Source: Ignavibacteriota bacterium (GTDB lineage: Bacteria > Bacteroidota > Ignavibacteria > Tepidaquicellales > OLB5). From it: a DNA stretch of 64,000 nucleotides. The position numbers were made by a program, and so were the translations under genes. The notes beneath the pieces were generated by a model. That model was not told the origin of the DNA. It searched no databases and worked only from the letters and a program-made list of their open reading frames with translations. Of the stretch, positions 20,200 through 30,012 are shown piece by piece (the first letter of the stretch is position 1; every line of letters begins with the position of its first letter). The DNA lies in contig RPQH01000010.1 in the NCBI GenBank assembly GCA_003820375.1, positions 1,814 to 65,813 of the forward strand. The letters are read 5' to 3'.

Positions 20200-20350
20200 A
20201 TTTGAATTGTCCCGCAGAGCGGGATCAATTTCGAATTGAATCTTTGAACAATGAATGCACGGATTAAAAAGATTTACAGGATGAATCATTTGGATAATCT
20301 GATAAATCTTATGAATCAATTCGAAATTGACTATTCGAGATTCGAAATTA
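20200..20350. repeat. Third TTTCGAATTG-arm cassette, with a 15-nt palindrome inserted in the left arm
   Basis: tttgaattg[tcccgcagagcggga]tcaatttcgaattgaat ... aatcaattcgaaattgactattcgagattcgaaatta. Confidence 0.85.
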
Positions 20351-20413
20351 AAAGTGTTAGTATGAATAAATCATACATTCCTCAAAATAAAATCCCATTG
20401 GGGCGGATAAATT

Positions 20414-20818
20414 ATGTTTAAAGTATCAAAGAAAGTGGAATACGGGTTAATAGCCATAAAGCATATCACAAAAGCCGGCATGATAAATCCAATTTCCGCA
20501 AAGGTTATATCACAGAAATACAAAATTCCGTATGACCTGTTATCAAAGATTCTCCAGCAGCTAAAAAGAGAAAAAATATTAGCATCGGTTCAGGGAATAA
20601 ACGGCGGATATAAATTATCAAGAGATCCCGATAAGATAAATCTTGCATCTGTTTTTAATGCAATAGAGGGTTCAAATTTTATACTCGATTGCGGTACACA
20701 TAAAAACCCGAATACATGTAAAATTTACAAGACCTGTATTATAAGTGGTCCTATGCAAAAAGTCCAAAAAAGTATAACAAATTATTTCCATACTACATCT
20801 TTAGCTGAAATTGTTTAA
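20414..20818 (+). CDS. Rrf2-family regulator (IscR-like, three Cys)
   Basis: SVQGINGGYKL; C-x8-C-x5-C; directly upstream of iscS. Confidence 0.88.
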   Translation: MFKVSKKVEYGLIAIKHITKAGMINPISAKVISQKYKIPYDLLSKILQQLKREKILASVQGINGGYKLSRDPDKINLASVFNAIEGSNFILDCGTHKNPNTCKIYKTCIISGPMQKVQKSITNYFHTTSLAEIV

Positions 20819-20849
20819 GCGTTAAATTTGTTATAAATTAAGACTTTAC

Positions 20850-22025
20850 ATGTTAAAACTCCCTATTTATATGGATTATCAGGCAACTACACCCGTTGAT
20901 AAAAGGGCTCTTGATGCTATGCTTCCTTACTTTACTGATAAGTTCGGAAATGCCGCCAGCAAATCACATGAATTTGGCTGGTATGCTGAAAAAGCCGTTG
21001 AAATGTACAGGGGTAAAATTGCTGAACTGATTGGATGTAAGACTCAGGAAATTGTTATAACAAGCGGAGCTACCGAATCAAATAATTTAGCTGTTAAAGG
21101 TATTGCAGAATTATTTTCAAATGTTAAAAAGAAAATTATAACAGCACCAACAGAGCATAAATCGGTGCTTGATTCCTGTTCTGCATTGGCAAAAAAAGGT
21201 TTTGAAATTTATCTTCTGAAAGTTGATAAATTTGGTCTCATAGATTTAAATGAATTAAGAGATGCAATTGATGGTAATACAGCTTTGGTAAGTATAATGA
21301 CTGTGAATAATGAAATTGGCACTATACAACCTGTTGAAGATATCGGAAGGATATGTAAAGAAAAAGAAGTTCTTTTCCATACGGATGCAACACAGGCAGT
21401 AGGGAAATTGCCGGTTAATGTACAGCAAATGAATATAGACCTGATGAGCTTTACTGCACATAAAATGTATGGTCCTAAAGGTGTTGGAGCATTATATGTG
21501 AAAAGCAAAGACCCGAAAGTAAAATTGAATCCCCAGATTGACGGGGGAGGACATGAGAATGGTTTCCGTTCAGGTACTTTAAATATACCGGGTATAGTTG
21601 GCTTTGGAAAGGCATGTGAAATTGCGGCTAATGAAATGAGCGTTGAGAATGAAAAGATAAAGAAGCTGGGTGAAAGATTTTATCAAGGCTTAAGTTCACA
21701 GCTCGATGATTTCTTTATAAACGGTCATCCTGAAAAAAGATTTCCGGGTAATTTAAATATATGTTTCAAGCATGCTGATTCAGGTACGTTAATGATGTCA
21801 ATGAAGGAAATTGCCGTATCATCGGGAAGTGCATGTTCTTCTGCCGCAGTTGAACCATCACACGTGCTTAAAGCAATCGGTTTAAAAGATGATGAATTGC
21901 GTTCTTCTATTAGGTTTGGTATCGGCAGGTTCAGCACAGAAGAAGAAATAGATTTTGCTGTTAATAAGGTTACTGAAAGTGTTAAGAAGATAAGAAGTGT
22001 TTTCAAACAGGTGTTACAGCATTAA
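20850..22025 (+). CDS. iscS: Cysteine desulfurase
   Basis: YMDYQATTP, TSGATESNN, AHKMYGPKG, SSGSACSS. Confidence 0.95.
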   Translation: MLKLPIYMDYQATTPVDKRALDAMLPYFTDKFGNAASKSHEFGWYAEKAVEMYRGKIAELIGCKTQEIVITSGATESNNLAVKGIAELFSNVKKKIITAPTEHKSVLDSCSALAKKGFEIYLLKVDKFGLIDLNELRDAIDGNTALVSIMTVNNEIGTIQPVEDIGRICKEKEVLFHTDATQAVGKLPVNVQQMNIDLMSFTAHKMYGPKGVGALYVKSKDPKVKLNPQIDGGGHENGFRSGTLNIPGIVGFGKACEIAANEMSVENEKIKKLGERFYQGLSSQLDDFFINGHPEKRFPGNLNICFKHADSGTLMMSMKEIAVSSGSACSSAAVEPSHVLKAIGLKDDELRSSIRFGIGRFSTEEEIDFAVNKVTESVKKIRSVFKQVLQH

Positions 22026-22045
22026 TTTTAATCAAATCAGGGAAT

Positions 22046-22789
22046 TTGAAAGTCTATAAATTAATTTATATTTTTACAGTTCTTTACACGATTTTTGCTG
22101 TAAATAACTCATTGTTATCACAAAGCAGGCTTGAGCTGTCATTTAATATGGGTTATTCTGTTCCTTTACTTGAAACATATGGAACTAACGTTAAGCTTGC
22201 ATCGGACAGTGCATCAATATTAGTTGCAGACAAGCGGTGGTTAGTATCAAGCAATCTTGGTGCTGAAAAAGGATTTACAGTACAGACATTTTTGAAGTAC
22301 AGTTTTTTTAAATCAGGATTGATAAAAGGTTTGCTGAATTTGGGATATAATGTTCTCAGCAGCAGCCACCCGGGACCGGGTGATGATTATGGAGTAAGAG
22401 TGCAAAGCTTTTCCATTGGTATAGGTCCGGAAATAAACCCGATAGGTGTAAAAAAGTTCTATCCTTCATTATTTGCAATGTTAAGGGTAAACTTTATCGG
22501 CGGTGAAACATTTTTTCATGCAGGATTGGATTTCTTTAAAGTTGTTCCAAGGTATGGTTATGCAGGTGGATTGAAACTGAATTATAAGATGAATGAAAAG
22601 ACGGGTTTGTATGCAGGATTTATTTACAGTTATGATAATACTTGGAACAAACAAACAGAGGAAACTGCAATTAAAGATGCGCATGTTACATCATTTAGAG
22701 ATAAAGCAAGCCCGACAAACGGCTTAACAGGTGACAGAAGAATTGCTTATTCTTCATATTATATTGGAATGAATTTTTATTTGAAATAA
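22046..22789 (+). CDS. Exported protein, probable outer-membrane beta-barrel
   Basis: Signal peptide, alternating aromatic strands, C-terminal YYIGMNFYLK; TTG start. Confidence 0.65.
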   Translation: MKVYKLIYIFTVLYTIFAVNNSLLSQSRLELSFNMGYSVPLLETYGTNVKLASDSASILVADKRWLVSSNLGAEKGFTVQTFLKYSFFKSGLIKGLLNLGYNVLSSSHPGPGDDYGVRVQSFSIGIGPEINPIGVKKFYPSLFAMLRVNFIGGETFFHAGLDFFKVVPRYGYAGGLKLNYKMNEKTGLYAGFIYSYDNTWNKQTEETAIKDAHVTSFRDKASPTNGLTGDRRIAYSSYYIGMNFYLK

Positions 22790-22795
22790 ATAATT

Positions 22796-22897
22796 ACCTC
22801 ATCCCCCAACCCCCTCTCCACTTGGAGAGGGGGAGGTAAAAGGAATTAATACTCCTGCACCCCCTCTCCAAGTGGAGAGGGGGTTGGGGGGAGAGGT
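22796..22897. repeat. GC-rich REP doublet (CCCCTCTCCA...TGGAGAGGGG)
   Basis: Two palindromes in inverted orientation with outer ccccc/ggggg arms. Confidence 0.88.
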
Positions 22898-22956
22898 GAC
22901 AGTACGGAATAATTATATATGAAACTAAAAATTGAGTTTAAAATAAAATCATATTA

Positions 22957-23322
22957 ATGGAAAATACAAAAACATTAGAAACATTAACGAACAATGAAAT
23001 AGTTTTAACACCGAAGGCAGTTTCGGAAGTTAAAAAGATAAAAGATGAAAACGCTATACCTGAGAACTACAACCTTAGGGTTGGAGTAAAAGGCGGCGGA
23101 TGTTCAGGGCTTTCTTATACCCTGGGATTCGATTCAGAATTAAAAACCGGCGATAAAGAATTGGATGTCGACGGTGTTAAAGTAATTGTTGATTGGAAAA
23201 GTATCCTTTATCTTAAAGGAACAACAATTGACTATTCTGACGGATTAAGCGGAAAAGGATTTGTATTTAATAATCCTTCAGCGAAAAAGACCTGCGGATG
23301 CGGAAGCTCTTTCGGAGTATAA
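22957..23322 (+). CDS. iscA: A-type Fe-S carrier (IscA/ErpA/HesB)
   Basis: GGGCSGLSY, CGCGSSF. Confidence 0.92.
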   Translation: MENTKTLETLTNNEIVLTPKAVSEVKKIKDENAIPENYNLRVGVKGGGCSGLSYTLGFDSELKTGDKELDVDGVKVIVDWKSILYLKGTTIDYSDGLSGKGFVFNNPSAKKTCGCGSSFGV

Positions 23323-23454
23323 TGTGACAACCTCACCCAACCTTTGTGGATTTTGGATTTATGAAATTAATATTAAATCCTCAATAATCTGATAGGTGTT
23401 AATGAGTGAGGTGTTAAAATACTCAGTATAGCTTTGCATGTTGAAAATTAGTGG

Positions 23455-23508
23455 AAAAAGCATTCATAGGGCGGAAGTATTTTATTCTTCTGTTATGAGT
23501 GCTTTTTT
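23455..23508 (+). terminator. Long G-U-containing hairpin with T-tail upstream of sod
   Basis: aaaaagcattcatagggcggaag...cttctgttatgagtgctttttt. Confidence 0.55.
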
Positions 23509-23552
23509 ATTTAAGTTTTATAAATAACTATTAAAAAATAAATATATGGGCA

Positions 23553-24203
23553 ATGCCCATAGGAGAAAAACAAATTATGGCATACGAATGGAAATTCAAT
23601 CCCAGACCTTATTCTGACGAAGAGGCAAAAACATTATTAAAAGATGTTGTCAGTCCTGAAACAACTGACTGGCACTACAACACACATCATAAGGGCTACG
23701 TTACTTTCCTGAACAATATTGAAAACGCACTTGAAGCCGTTGACAGGTCAAAAGCTAACGGCAACTATTCTGAAGTCGGCGAATTAAAAAGAAGATTAAC
23801 ATGGAATCATTCCGGTGCATTACTGCATGACCTTTACTGGGAATGCCTTGGCGGAGACGGTGATATGAATAAAGGAAAAGATATTATTAAAGCTATTGAA
23901 AAAGATTTTGGTTCTTTAGATAATTGGAAAGCTGATTTCAAAGCTTGTGCAGTTGCAGCCAAATTAAGCGGCTGGGGCTTGCTTGTTTATGATAAGCTTT
24001 ATTCAGGTAGACTGATAAATGTATTTGTTGATGAACATCAGTACGGAGCTATTTGGGGCGGCATTCCTTTAATAGCATGTGATGTGTTTGAACATGCATA
24101 TTATCATAAAGACGGCCCTGGAAGAGTTAAATACATTGATAACTTGATGAATAATCTTCACTGGGGCAGAATTAACGATAGGTTTAACAAATTTTGTAAA
24201 TAA
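23553..24203 (+). CDS. sod: Fe/Mn superoxide dismutase
   Basis: HYNTHHKGY, NH...HDLYW, DVFEHAYY; start may be 23577. Confidence 0.92.
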   Translation: MPIGEKQIMAYEWKFNPRPYSDEEAKTLLKDVVSPETTDWHYNTHHKGYVTFLNNIENALEAVDRSKANGNYSEVGELKRRLTWNHSGALLHDLYWECLGGDGDMNKGKDIIKAIEKDFGSLDNWKADFKACAVAAKLSGWGLLVYDKLYSGRLINVFVDEHQYGAIWGGIPLIACDVFEHAYYHKDGPGRVKYIDNLMNNLHWGRINDRFNKFCK

Positions 24204-24764
24204 TTGAAAAATATACTATTCATTTTAACATTTTTTTTATTATTTTCCATAGTTGGATGCGGAAAGAAGTCTGATAATACAGATCAGACTTCTTCCAATA
24301 ATAAAAACAGCTTCTCATGGAAAGATGACCTTAAGATTTCCGATATACCCGAATTTCCCGTTAAGGGATATATTAATGGAGAAGAAATTTCGTTCTCATA
24401 TATAAATTTTGAAAAATGGCGCGGAACAAATGATAATGTCATTAATTTCTCAACTGCAAAACCTGAGCAGCCATGCGGCTTTATAGAGAATTTTAAAGGT
24501 TTTCAATTGATGAATAAGGGCAGCGCTATTACAGGAGAAATCATCAAAGGTAAATTTGATGAAGATACAAAAACTTATACCGCTTTTTTCAAATTCACAT
24601 CAAGTGATGGCAGTCCTGTAAAATCAGCTTCATCATGGAACTGTGCATTGAAAATTGATAACAATACCGATAAACTTGTATCCGGCAGAATAGCGTTATG
24701 CTTCAATGATGACAAAAAAAGCTGGATAGCCGGGAAATTCGAAGCAGCTATATGCAATAACTAA
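24204..24764 (+). CDS. Hypothetical lipoprotein
   Basis: Signal peptide with IVGC lipobox; TTG start. Confidence 0.75.
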   Translation: MKNILFILTFFLLFSIVGCGKKSDNTDQTSSNNKNSFSWKDDLKISDIPEFPVKGYINGEEISFSYINFEKWRGTNDNVINFSTAKPEQPCGFIENFKGFQLMNKGSAITGEIIKGKFDEDTKTYTAFFKFTSSDGSPVKSASSWNCALKIDNNTDKLVSGRIALCFNDDKKSWIAGKFEAAICNN

Positions 24765-24796
24765 TAAACAAAAATTCATTAATTAAATATCTTAAT

Positions 24797-25285
24797 ATGT
24801 TACGTGAAAAGATTCCGGTATTATTTTTAATTGTTCTTTTTGCAAGCTTTGTTATTACAGGATGCGGAAAAAAAGAGAGCACTGATACAACAAACAGCGA
24901 TAAAAAAGAAGAAGTAAAACCGGGCGGAGAACAGGAAAAAGTTCCCGATAAAACAGCTACAACCAATGACCTGGGTCTTAAGCCGGGAATGCCTGCTGAT
25001 TATCCGGCAGAAGTTCCACAGCCAAAGAATTCAAAGATCCTTGGATATCTGAATACTTCAGACGGAATGACTGTTAATTTTGAATCCGATGACAGACCCC
25101 GTGATATTTTTACGGATTTTTCATCACAGCTTGAAAAGAACGGGTATAAAAAGAATGATGGTGATTTGATGAATGATGACGGCGGCATGGCATTATGGCA
25201 AAAAGAAAAGAAGGAAGTCGGTGTTATGATTGCATGGAATAAAGAAAGCAAAAAATCACAAGTTACTATTACTTATAAGATGTGA
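24797..25285 (+). CDS. Hypothetical lipoprotein, paralog of 14701..15159
   Basis: ITGC lipobox; shared C-terminal domain. Confidence 0.8.
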   Translation: MLREKIPVLFLIVLFASFVITGCGKKESTDTTNSDKKEEVKPGGEQEKVPDKTATTNDLGLKPGMPADYPAEVPQPKNSKILGYLNTSDGMTVNFESDDRPRDIFTDFSSQLEKNGYKKNDGDLMNDDGGMALWQKEKKEVGVMIAWNKESKKSQVTITYKM

Positions 25286-27774
25286 TAAAATTGTTAAAAC
25301 ATATCATAAAAATATTAGGCCTGGTAGTGATACCGGGCTTTCTGATATTAGTACAGGAGATTAATGCCCAATACTCCCCGGTAGTTTTTGTATCAAGAAA
25401 CCTGGTGCAAAACGGGAATGTGTACTATCTGCAATCGGGGTTGCTTCCCGGAATGGGGGCGTTTTCACGGTTTGCAGTTGTTGGCGGTAAGCTATTGGTC
25501 AGAGAAAGCAGCGGCACTGTTAGAACACTTGTAGATAGTTCTATAAGCTTTAATGGCATTACTTTAATTGATGTATCAGACCCTGATGTTTTTTGGAATG
25601 CTTCAAAAATTTTATTTGCAGGTATTGAACACAGGGATTCAAGCTGGAGAATTTATGAAATAAACTCCAATGGTTCTAATTTCAGACAGGTTACCTTTTC
25701 AAACAGAAATATTGACCTTTCTCAATTTGGAACAATTGCTTATAAGTTCTTTAAGTATGATGATATTGACCCGTGCTATTTACCTGATGGAAGGATTTGT
25801 TTTGCAAGTACCAGGTACCCGTCACTTTCGGAAATGAGTGCAAGAACAACCAATTTGTATGTTATAAATTCAGACGGTTCAAATCTTCACCGCATTACGA
25901 CAGAAAGAAACGGTGCTGAAGAACCAACAGTTGACCCCATATCCGGCAGAATAGTTTACTCCCGCTGGTGGCTGAACATCGATATGCCTGCATTAACACA
26001 AAGCGGATTAACACGCGATTCTGGAATTGCTCTGTCTAAGGATGTTGCAAATATTTGGCAAACAGCTATTATTAATACTGATGGTGATGCACTGGAATTA
26101 TTCAGCGGTCATCCAGAATCGAGAATAAATTTAAGTTCTTACAAACCGTTTATTATGAGCAATGGCAGCCTGCTAAGTGTATTTGTTCCGCACACTCCAA
26201 TGTTTTACACATCGGGAAGCACCGGAATAAAATGGAATAATAAAAGGATCAGCTACCCTCAGCATGTATCAGGCGTTGATGCAAATACAATGCAGTATTA
26301 TATTCAAAACCCTCCTTCATTTGGTACAATGCAGCCGCCTTATGCAACTGACCCAATCCAGTTACCTGATGGGAAAATATTAATTTCATATGCAACGCAA
26401 GTTGTGAACCAGGATTACGGTTTATATACGATCAATCTTGACGGAACAGGATTGCAGTTATTTTACGATATACCCGGCAAACTTGAACTGAATACGGCTG
26501 TACTTCTTCCAAAGACAATACCGCCAATCAGACAAGATTTTGTTACTAATATTAGTGATGAATTGCCTCCAACATCAGATCCCGGGTCTTATTTTAAAAA
26601 CGGGGGATTCAGGTTTGACTGTGTGAATATTTTTACAAACGGTGAAGTTGATGAGCCTATGACGGATGCTCCGCCAATAACTAAAAATGCCAGGATGGAT
26701 TTTTTTCTTAACTTCCAGAGAAAAGATTCACTTGGACTTGATACTGCAATTAAATTTCAAAGTATGCCGGTAGAATATGCCGGTGGTGTGCACATGGATT
26801 TTGCTCCGGCTGATGTTGCTATGTTTGAACAGGTTATTGATTCTTCCGGAAGAGTTTTAATTGGCTCCAAAAACCAAATAGCACATGTAACAGGTATGAA
26901 CTTCGGCAGACCGGGAACAGGTACTAAGTGTGTAGGCTGTCATGCAGGGCATACAACCATACCTGTACCTCCTACAATAAGCGAAGGACAATTATTTAAT
27001 GTTTCAACATCGGCAAATGTAACTCAGAGTTCTTACAAATTTGTGAATGATTCAGTTCAGTTTCCGGGAAAAAGAGTTGTGGATAGAAAAGCAAGGAATG
27101 ATTCCTTAAGGGTAAACTGGATTGCAAATGGTACAACTAATGAATTTGTTGAGCTTCAATGGGATTTACCGGTTGATGTAAGGAGCTTAAAGCTTTATAA
27201 TGTTAAGCCAAATCCACAGACAAATACCAACATACAGGTGAATGACTGTGAGATTTATTTATTTTATCAAAACGTTGTAGTGTCTCACATTTCATCAACA
27301 GGTTTTTTAAGCGTTAACGGTACAAGCTTCCAGTTTAGTGGATTGCCTAAAATAGATAAAGCAAAAATTATTATTAAATCTTTCTCGGGTTTAGTGAATG
27401 GTGAAAATCGTGCTGCACTTGCCGAAGTGGAAACAGATGCCAGAATTTCTTACTACGATGTGATTGGAATAAAACAAATATCTTCAATTGCTGATGGATA
27501 TTATTTATCGCAGAACTTTCCGAATCCCTTTAATCCTGCAACAAAAATTTCTTATTCAATCCCAAAGCCGGGTTTTGTTAAACTGGTTGTGTACGATATA
27601 ACCGGAAGAGAAGTGAATACACCGGTAGACCAATTGCAGATGATTGGAACATACAATGTAGAATTTAACGGAAGCGGTCTAGCCAGCGGAATATATTTTT
27701 ATCAATTGACAATCAGCAATGAACAATCAGCAAAGATGTACAGAGAGACGAAGAAAATGGTACTGATAAGGTAG
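25282..27774 (+). CDS. T9SS-sorted protein with TolB/PD40-like propeller, HzsA-middle-domain-like CxxCH region and beta-sandwich
   Basis: DIDPCYLPDGRICFASTR, CVGCH at 26929-26943, QNFPNPFNP C-terminal domain. Confidence 0.75.
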   Translation: MIKLLKHIIKILGLVVIPGFLILVQEINAQYSPVVFVSRNLVQNGNVYYLQSGLLPGMGAFSRFAVVGGKLLVRESSGTVRTLVDSSISFNGITLIDVSDPDVFWNASKILFAGIEHRDSSWRIYEINSNGSNFRQVTFSNRNIDLSQFGTIAYKFFKYDDIDPCYLPDGRICFASTRYPSLSEMSARTTNLYVINSDGSNLHRITTERNGAEEPTVDPISGRIVYSRWWLNIDMPALTQSGLTRDSGIALSKDVANIWQTAIINTDGDALELFSGHPESRINLSSYKPFIMSNGSLLSVFVPHTPMFYTSGSTGIKWNNKRISYPQHVSGVDANTMQYYIQNPPSFGTMQPPYATDPIQLPDGKILISYATQVVNQDYGLYTINLDGTGLQLFYDIPGKLELNTAVLLPKTIPPIRQDFVTNISDELPPTSDPGSYFKNGGFRFDCVNIFTNGEVDEPMTDAPPITKNARMDFFLNFQRKDSLGLDTAIKFQSMPVEYAGGVHMDFAPADVAMFEQVIDSSGRVLIGSKNQIAHVTGMNFGRPGTGTKCVGCHAGHTTIPVPPTISEGQLFNVSTSANVTQSSYKFVNDSVQFPGKRVVDRKARNDSLRVNWIANGTTNEFVELQWDLPVDVRSLKLYNVKPNPQTNTNIQVNDCEIYLFYQNVVVSHISSTGFLSVNGTSFQFSGLPKIDKAKIIIKSFSGLVNGENRAALAEVETDARISYYDVIGIKQISSIADGYYLSQNFPNPFNPATKISYSIPKPGFVKLVVYDITGREVNTPVDQLQMIGTYNVEFNGSGLASGIYFYQLTISNEQSAKMYRETKKMVLIR

Positions 27775-27802
27775 CATCATATTTTAGATTACTTGTATTG
27801 AG

Positions 27803-28046
27803 AAGCTTGAACCCCAGATTAACCCTGATTAATATGATTTGAATGATTTATCTTGCAAGAGATTGAAATTAATTCTACATGTATAAATAAAGAAAAGTGT
27901 TTTGAGCACATATTTATATATTTTAGAATCTTTACAGCTTCACTATACACCAAAGTTTTGTTTTCGATTAAAAGAATCATTTATATTTATACGAAGAACT
28001 AATCATTCAAATCATATTAATCAGGGTTAATCTGGGGTTCAAGCTT
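27803..28046. repeat. 46-bp perfect inverted repeat around a 152-nt AT-rich spacer
   Basis: aagcttgaaccccagattaaccctgattaatatgatttgaatgatt and its exact reverse complement at 28001-28046. Confidence 0.95.
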
Positions 28047-28103
28047 TACAACCACCCCATTTCTGACTTTAACATTCTTCCCTTAATTATTATTTAGTGA
28101 GCT

Positions 28104-29963
28104 ATGAATTTACTTTCTGTTGAAAATCTGTCGAAAACCTATGGTACTAAGGTATTATTTAAGGAAATATCTTTTGGCTTAGATAAAGGTCAAAAGGCAG
28201 CACTTATTGCCCGTAACGGAACAGGCAAGTCTACTTTGCTTAAAATACTCAGCAGGCTTGAACATGCAGATGAAGGAAATATAACTTACCGAAATGATAT
28301 TAAAGTCGAGTATCTTCCGCAAGACCCGATATTAAACGAAGAGCTTAATGTGATTGAAACTATTCTTGATTCAAATAAACCTATTGCTAAAGCTGTAAAA
28401 TATTATGAAGAATGTCTTGCAAATCCTGATGATAAGATAAGCTTAAATAAAGCTATCGAACTGATGGAATTGATGAAAGCATGGGACTATGATTCCAAAA
28501 TGAAACAGGTTCTCTATAAATTAAATATTACACAGCTTGATGCAAAAATTTCGACTCTTTCAGGCGGGCAAAAGAAGAGAGTATCAATGGCAAAAGTTCT
28601 CATTGAAGAGCCCGACCTGATATATCTGGATGAACCAACCAATCATCTTGACCTGGACATGATAGAATGGCTAGAAGATTATTTGCTTAAGCAAAGCATA
28701 ACATTACTAATGGTTACACATGACAGGTATTTTCTTGAAAGAGTTTGCAATGAAATCATTGAAATGGAAAACGGAACGTTATATAAATACAACGGCAACT
28801 ATTCATATTACATGGAGAAGAAGGCATTCCGCCTTGAGAGTGAAGAAAAAAATATTGAAAAGATGCAAAGCATATACCGTAACGAGCTTGAATGGATAAA
28901 ACGCGGACCTAAAGCCAGGGGAACAAAAGCGAAATCAAGGATAGATAAATTTAACCTGCTTGAAGAAAAGCTTACCGGAGTTACTAAAGAAAGCGGAATG
29001 GAATTTAAAACCGCTTCCAAACGGCTCGGGGGAAAGATAATAGAACTGCATAATCTGTATAAGCAATTCGGTGATATTAAAATTATTGAAAACCTTAGTT
29101 ATAAGTTCAGAAAATTTGAACGGCTTGGAATTGTTGGAAGAAACGGGACAGGTAAAACCACATTGCTTAACCTGATGACAGGATATATGGAACCTGACGA
29201 CGGAAGAATAGAAACAGGGAAGACCGTTGAGATAGGGTATTTTAAGCAGGATGGACTTATAGTAAAAGAGAATAAAAGGCTTATAGATGTGATAAAAGAA
29301 ATTGCAGAAGTTATAATGCTTGGAAACGGAAGGACAGTCACTGCCTCTCAATTCCTTGAAATGTTCTTATTTCCTTCTAATATGCATTTTACACCTGTTT
29401 CAAAGCTAAGCGGGGGAGAGCGGAGGCGGTTATACCTGGTAACAGTTTTGATGAAGAATCCCAATTTCCTGATTCTGGATGAACCTACAAATGACCTGGA
29501 TATTATTACATTAAATGTTCTTGAAGAATACCTGGATAATTTCAAAGGTTGCCTGGTGGTTGTCACCCACGACAGGTATTTTATGGATAAGCTTGTTGAC
29601 CATTTATTTATTTTCGAAGGAGACGGTAAGATAAAAGATTTTAACGGAAATTACATAGAATACAGGGAAGAACAAAAGATTACCGAAAGTGAACTAGCAA
29701 GAGAATTAAATTCTCAAAGAGAGGTTATTCCAAAACCGGCTAAGCCAAAAACCCGTTTAAGCTATAATGAGAAGCGGGAGTATGAAAAGCTTGAAATAGA
29801 AATCCTTGAACTGGAAAGAAGGAAAAACGAAATAAATGAAATTATGAATTCAGGGTTAACTGATTATTTAAAATTAAACGAACTCTCAAAAGAGCTGGTG
29901 AAAACAATGCAGCTTATAGATGAGAAAACACACAGGTGGCTGGAGCTCTCGGAATATGAATAA
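28104..29963 (+). CDS. ABC-F family ATPase (Uup-like)
   Basis: Two NBDs (NGTGKST, LSGG, LDEPTN), no TM segments, C-terminal coiled coil. Confidence 0.92.
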   Translation: MNLLSVENLSKTYGTKVLFKEISFGLDKGQKAALIARNGTGKSTLLKILSRLEHADEGNITYRNDIKVEYLPQDPILNEELNVIETILDSNKPIAKAVKYYEECLANPDDKISLNKAIELMELMKAWDYDSKMKQVLYKLNITQLDAKISTLSGGQKKRVSMAKVLIEEPDLIYLDEPTNHLDLDMIEWLEDYLLKQSITLLMVTHDRYFLERVCNEIIEMENGTLYKYNGNYSYYMEKKAFRLESEEKNIEKMQSIYRNELEWIKRGPKARGTKAKSRIDKFNLLEEKLTGVTKESGMEFKTASKRLGGKIIELHNLYKQFGDIKIIENLSYKFRKFERLGIVGRNGTGKTTLLNLMTGYMEPDDGRIETGKTVEIGYFKQDGLIVKENKRLIDVIKEIAEVIMLGNGRTVTASQFLEMFLFPSNMHFTPVSKLSGGERRRLYLVTVLMKNPNFLILDEPTNDLDIITLNVLEEYLDNFKGCLVVVTHDRYFMDKLVDHLFIFEGDGKIKDFNGNYIEYREEQKITESELARELNSQREVIPKPAKPKTRLSYNEKREYEKLEIEILELERRKNEINEIMNSGLTDYLKLNELSKELVKTMQLIDEKTHRWLELSEYE

Positions 29964-29969
29964 ATATAT

Positions 29970-30002
29970 TGCAGGAAGAAACTATAATAATTTCTTCCTG
30001 CA
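29970..30002. terminator. Bidirectional terminator-like hairpin
   Basis: tgcaggaagaaa/tttcttcctgca between convergent genes. Confidence 0.7.
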
Positions 30003-30012
30003 TAAAAAATTA

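Noticed and set aside
25282-27774. True hydrazine synthase (anammox)
   Set aside because: Single CxxCH, T9SS tail, no hzsB/hzsC neighbours
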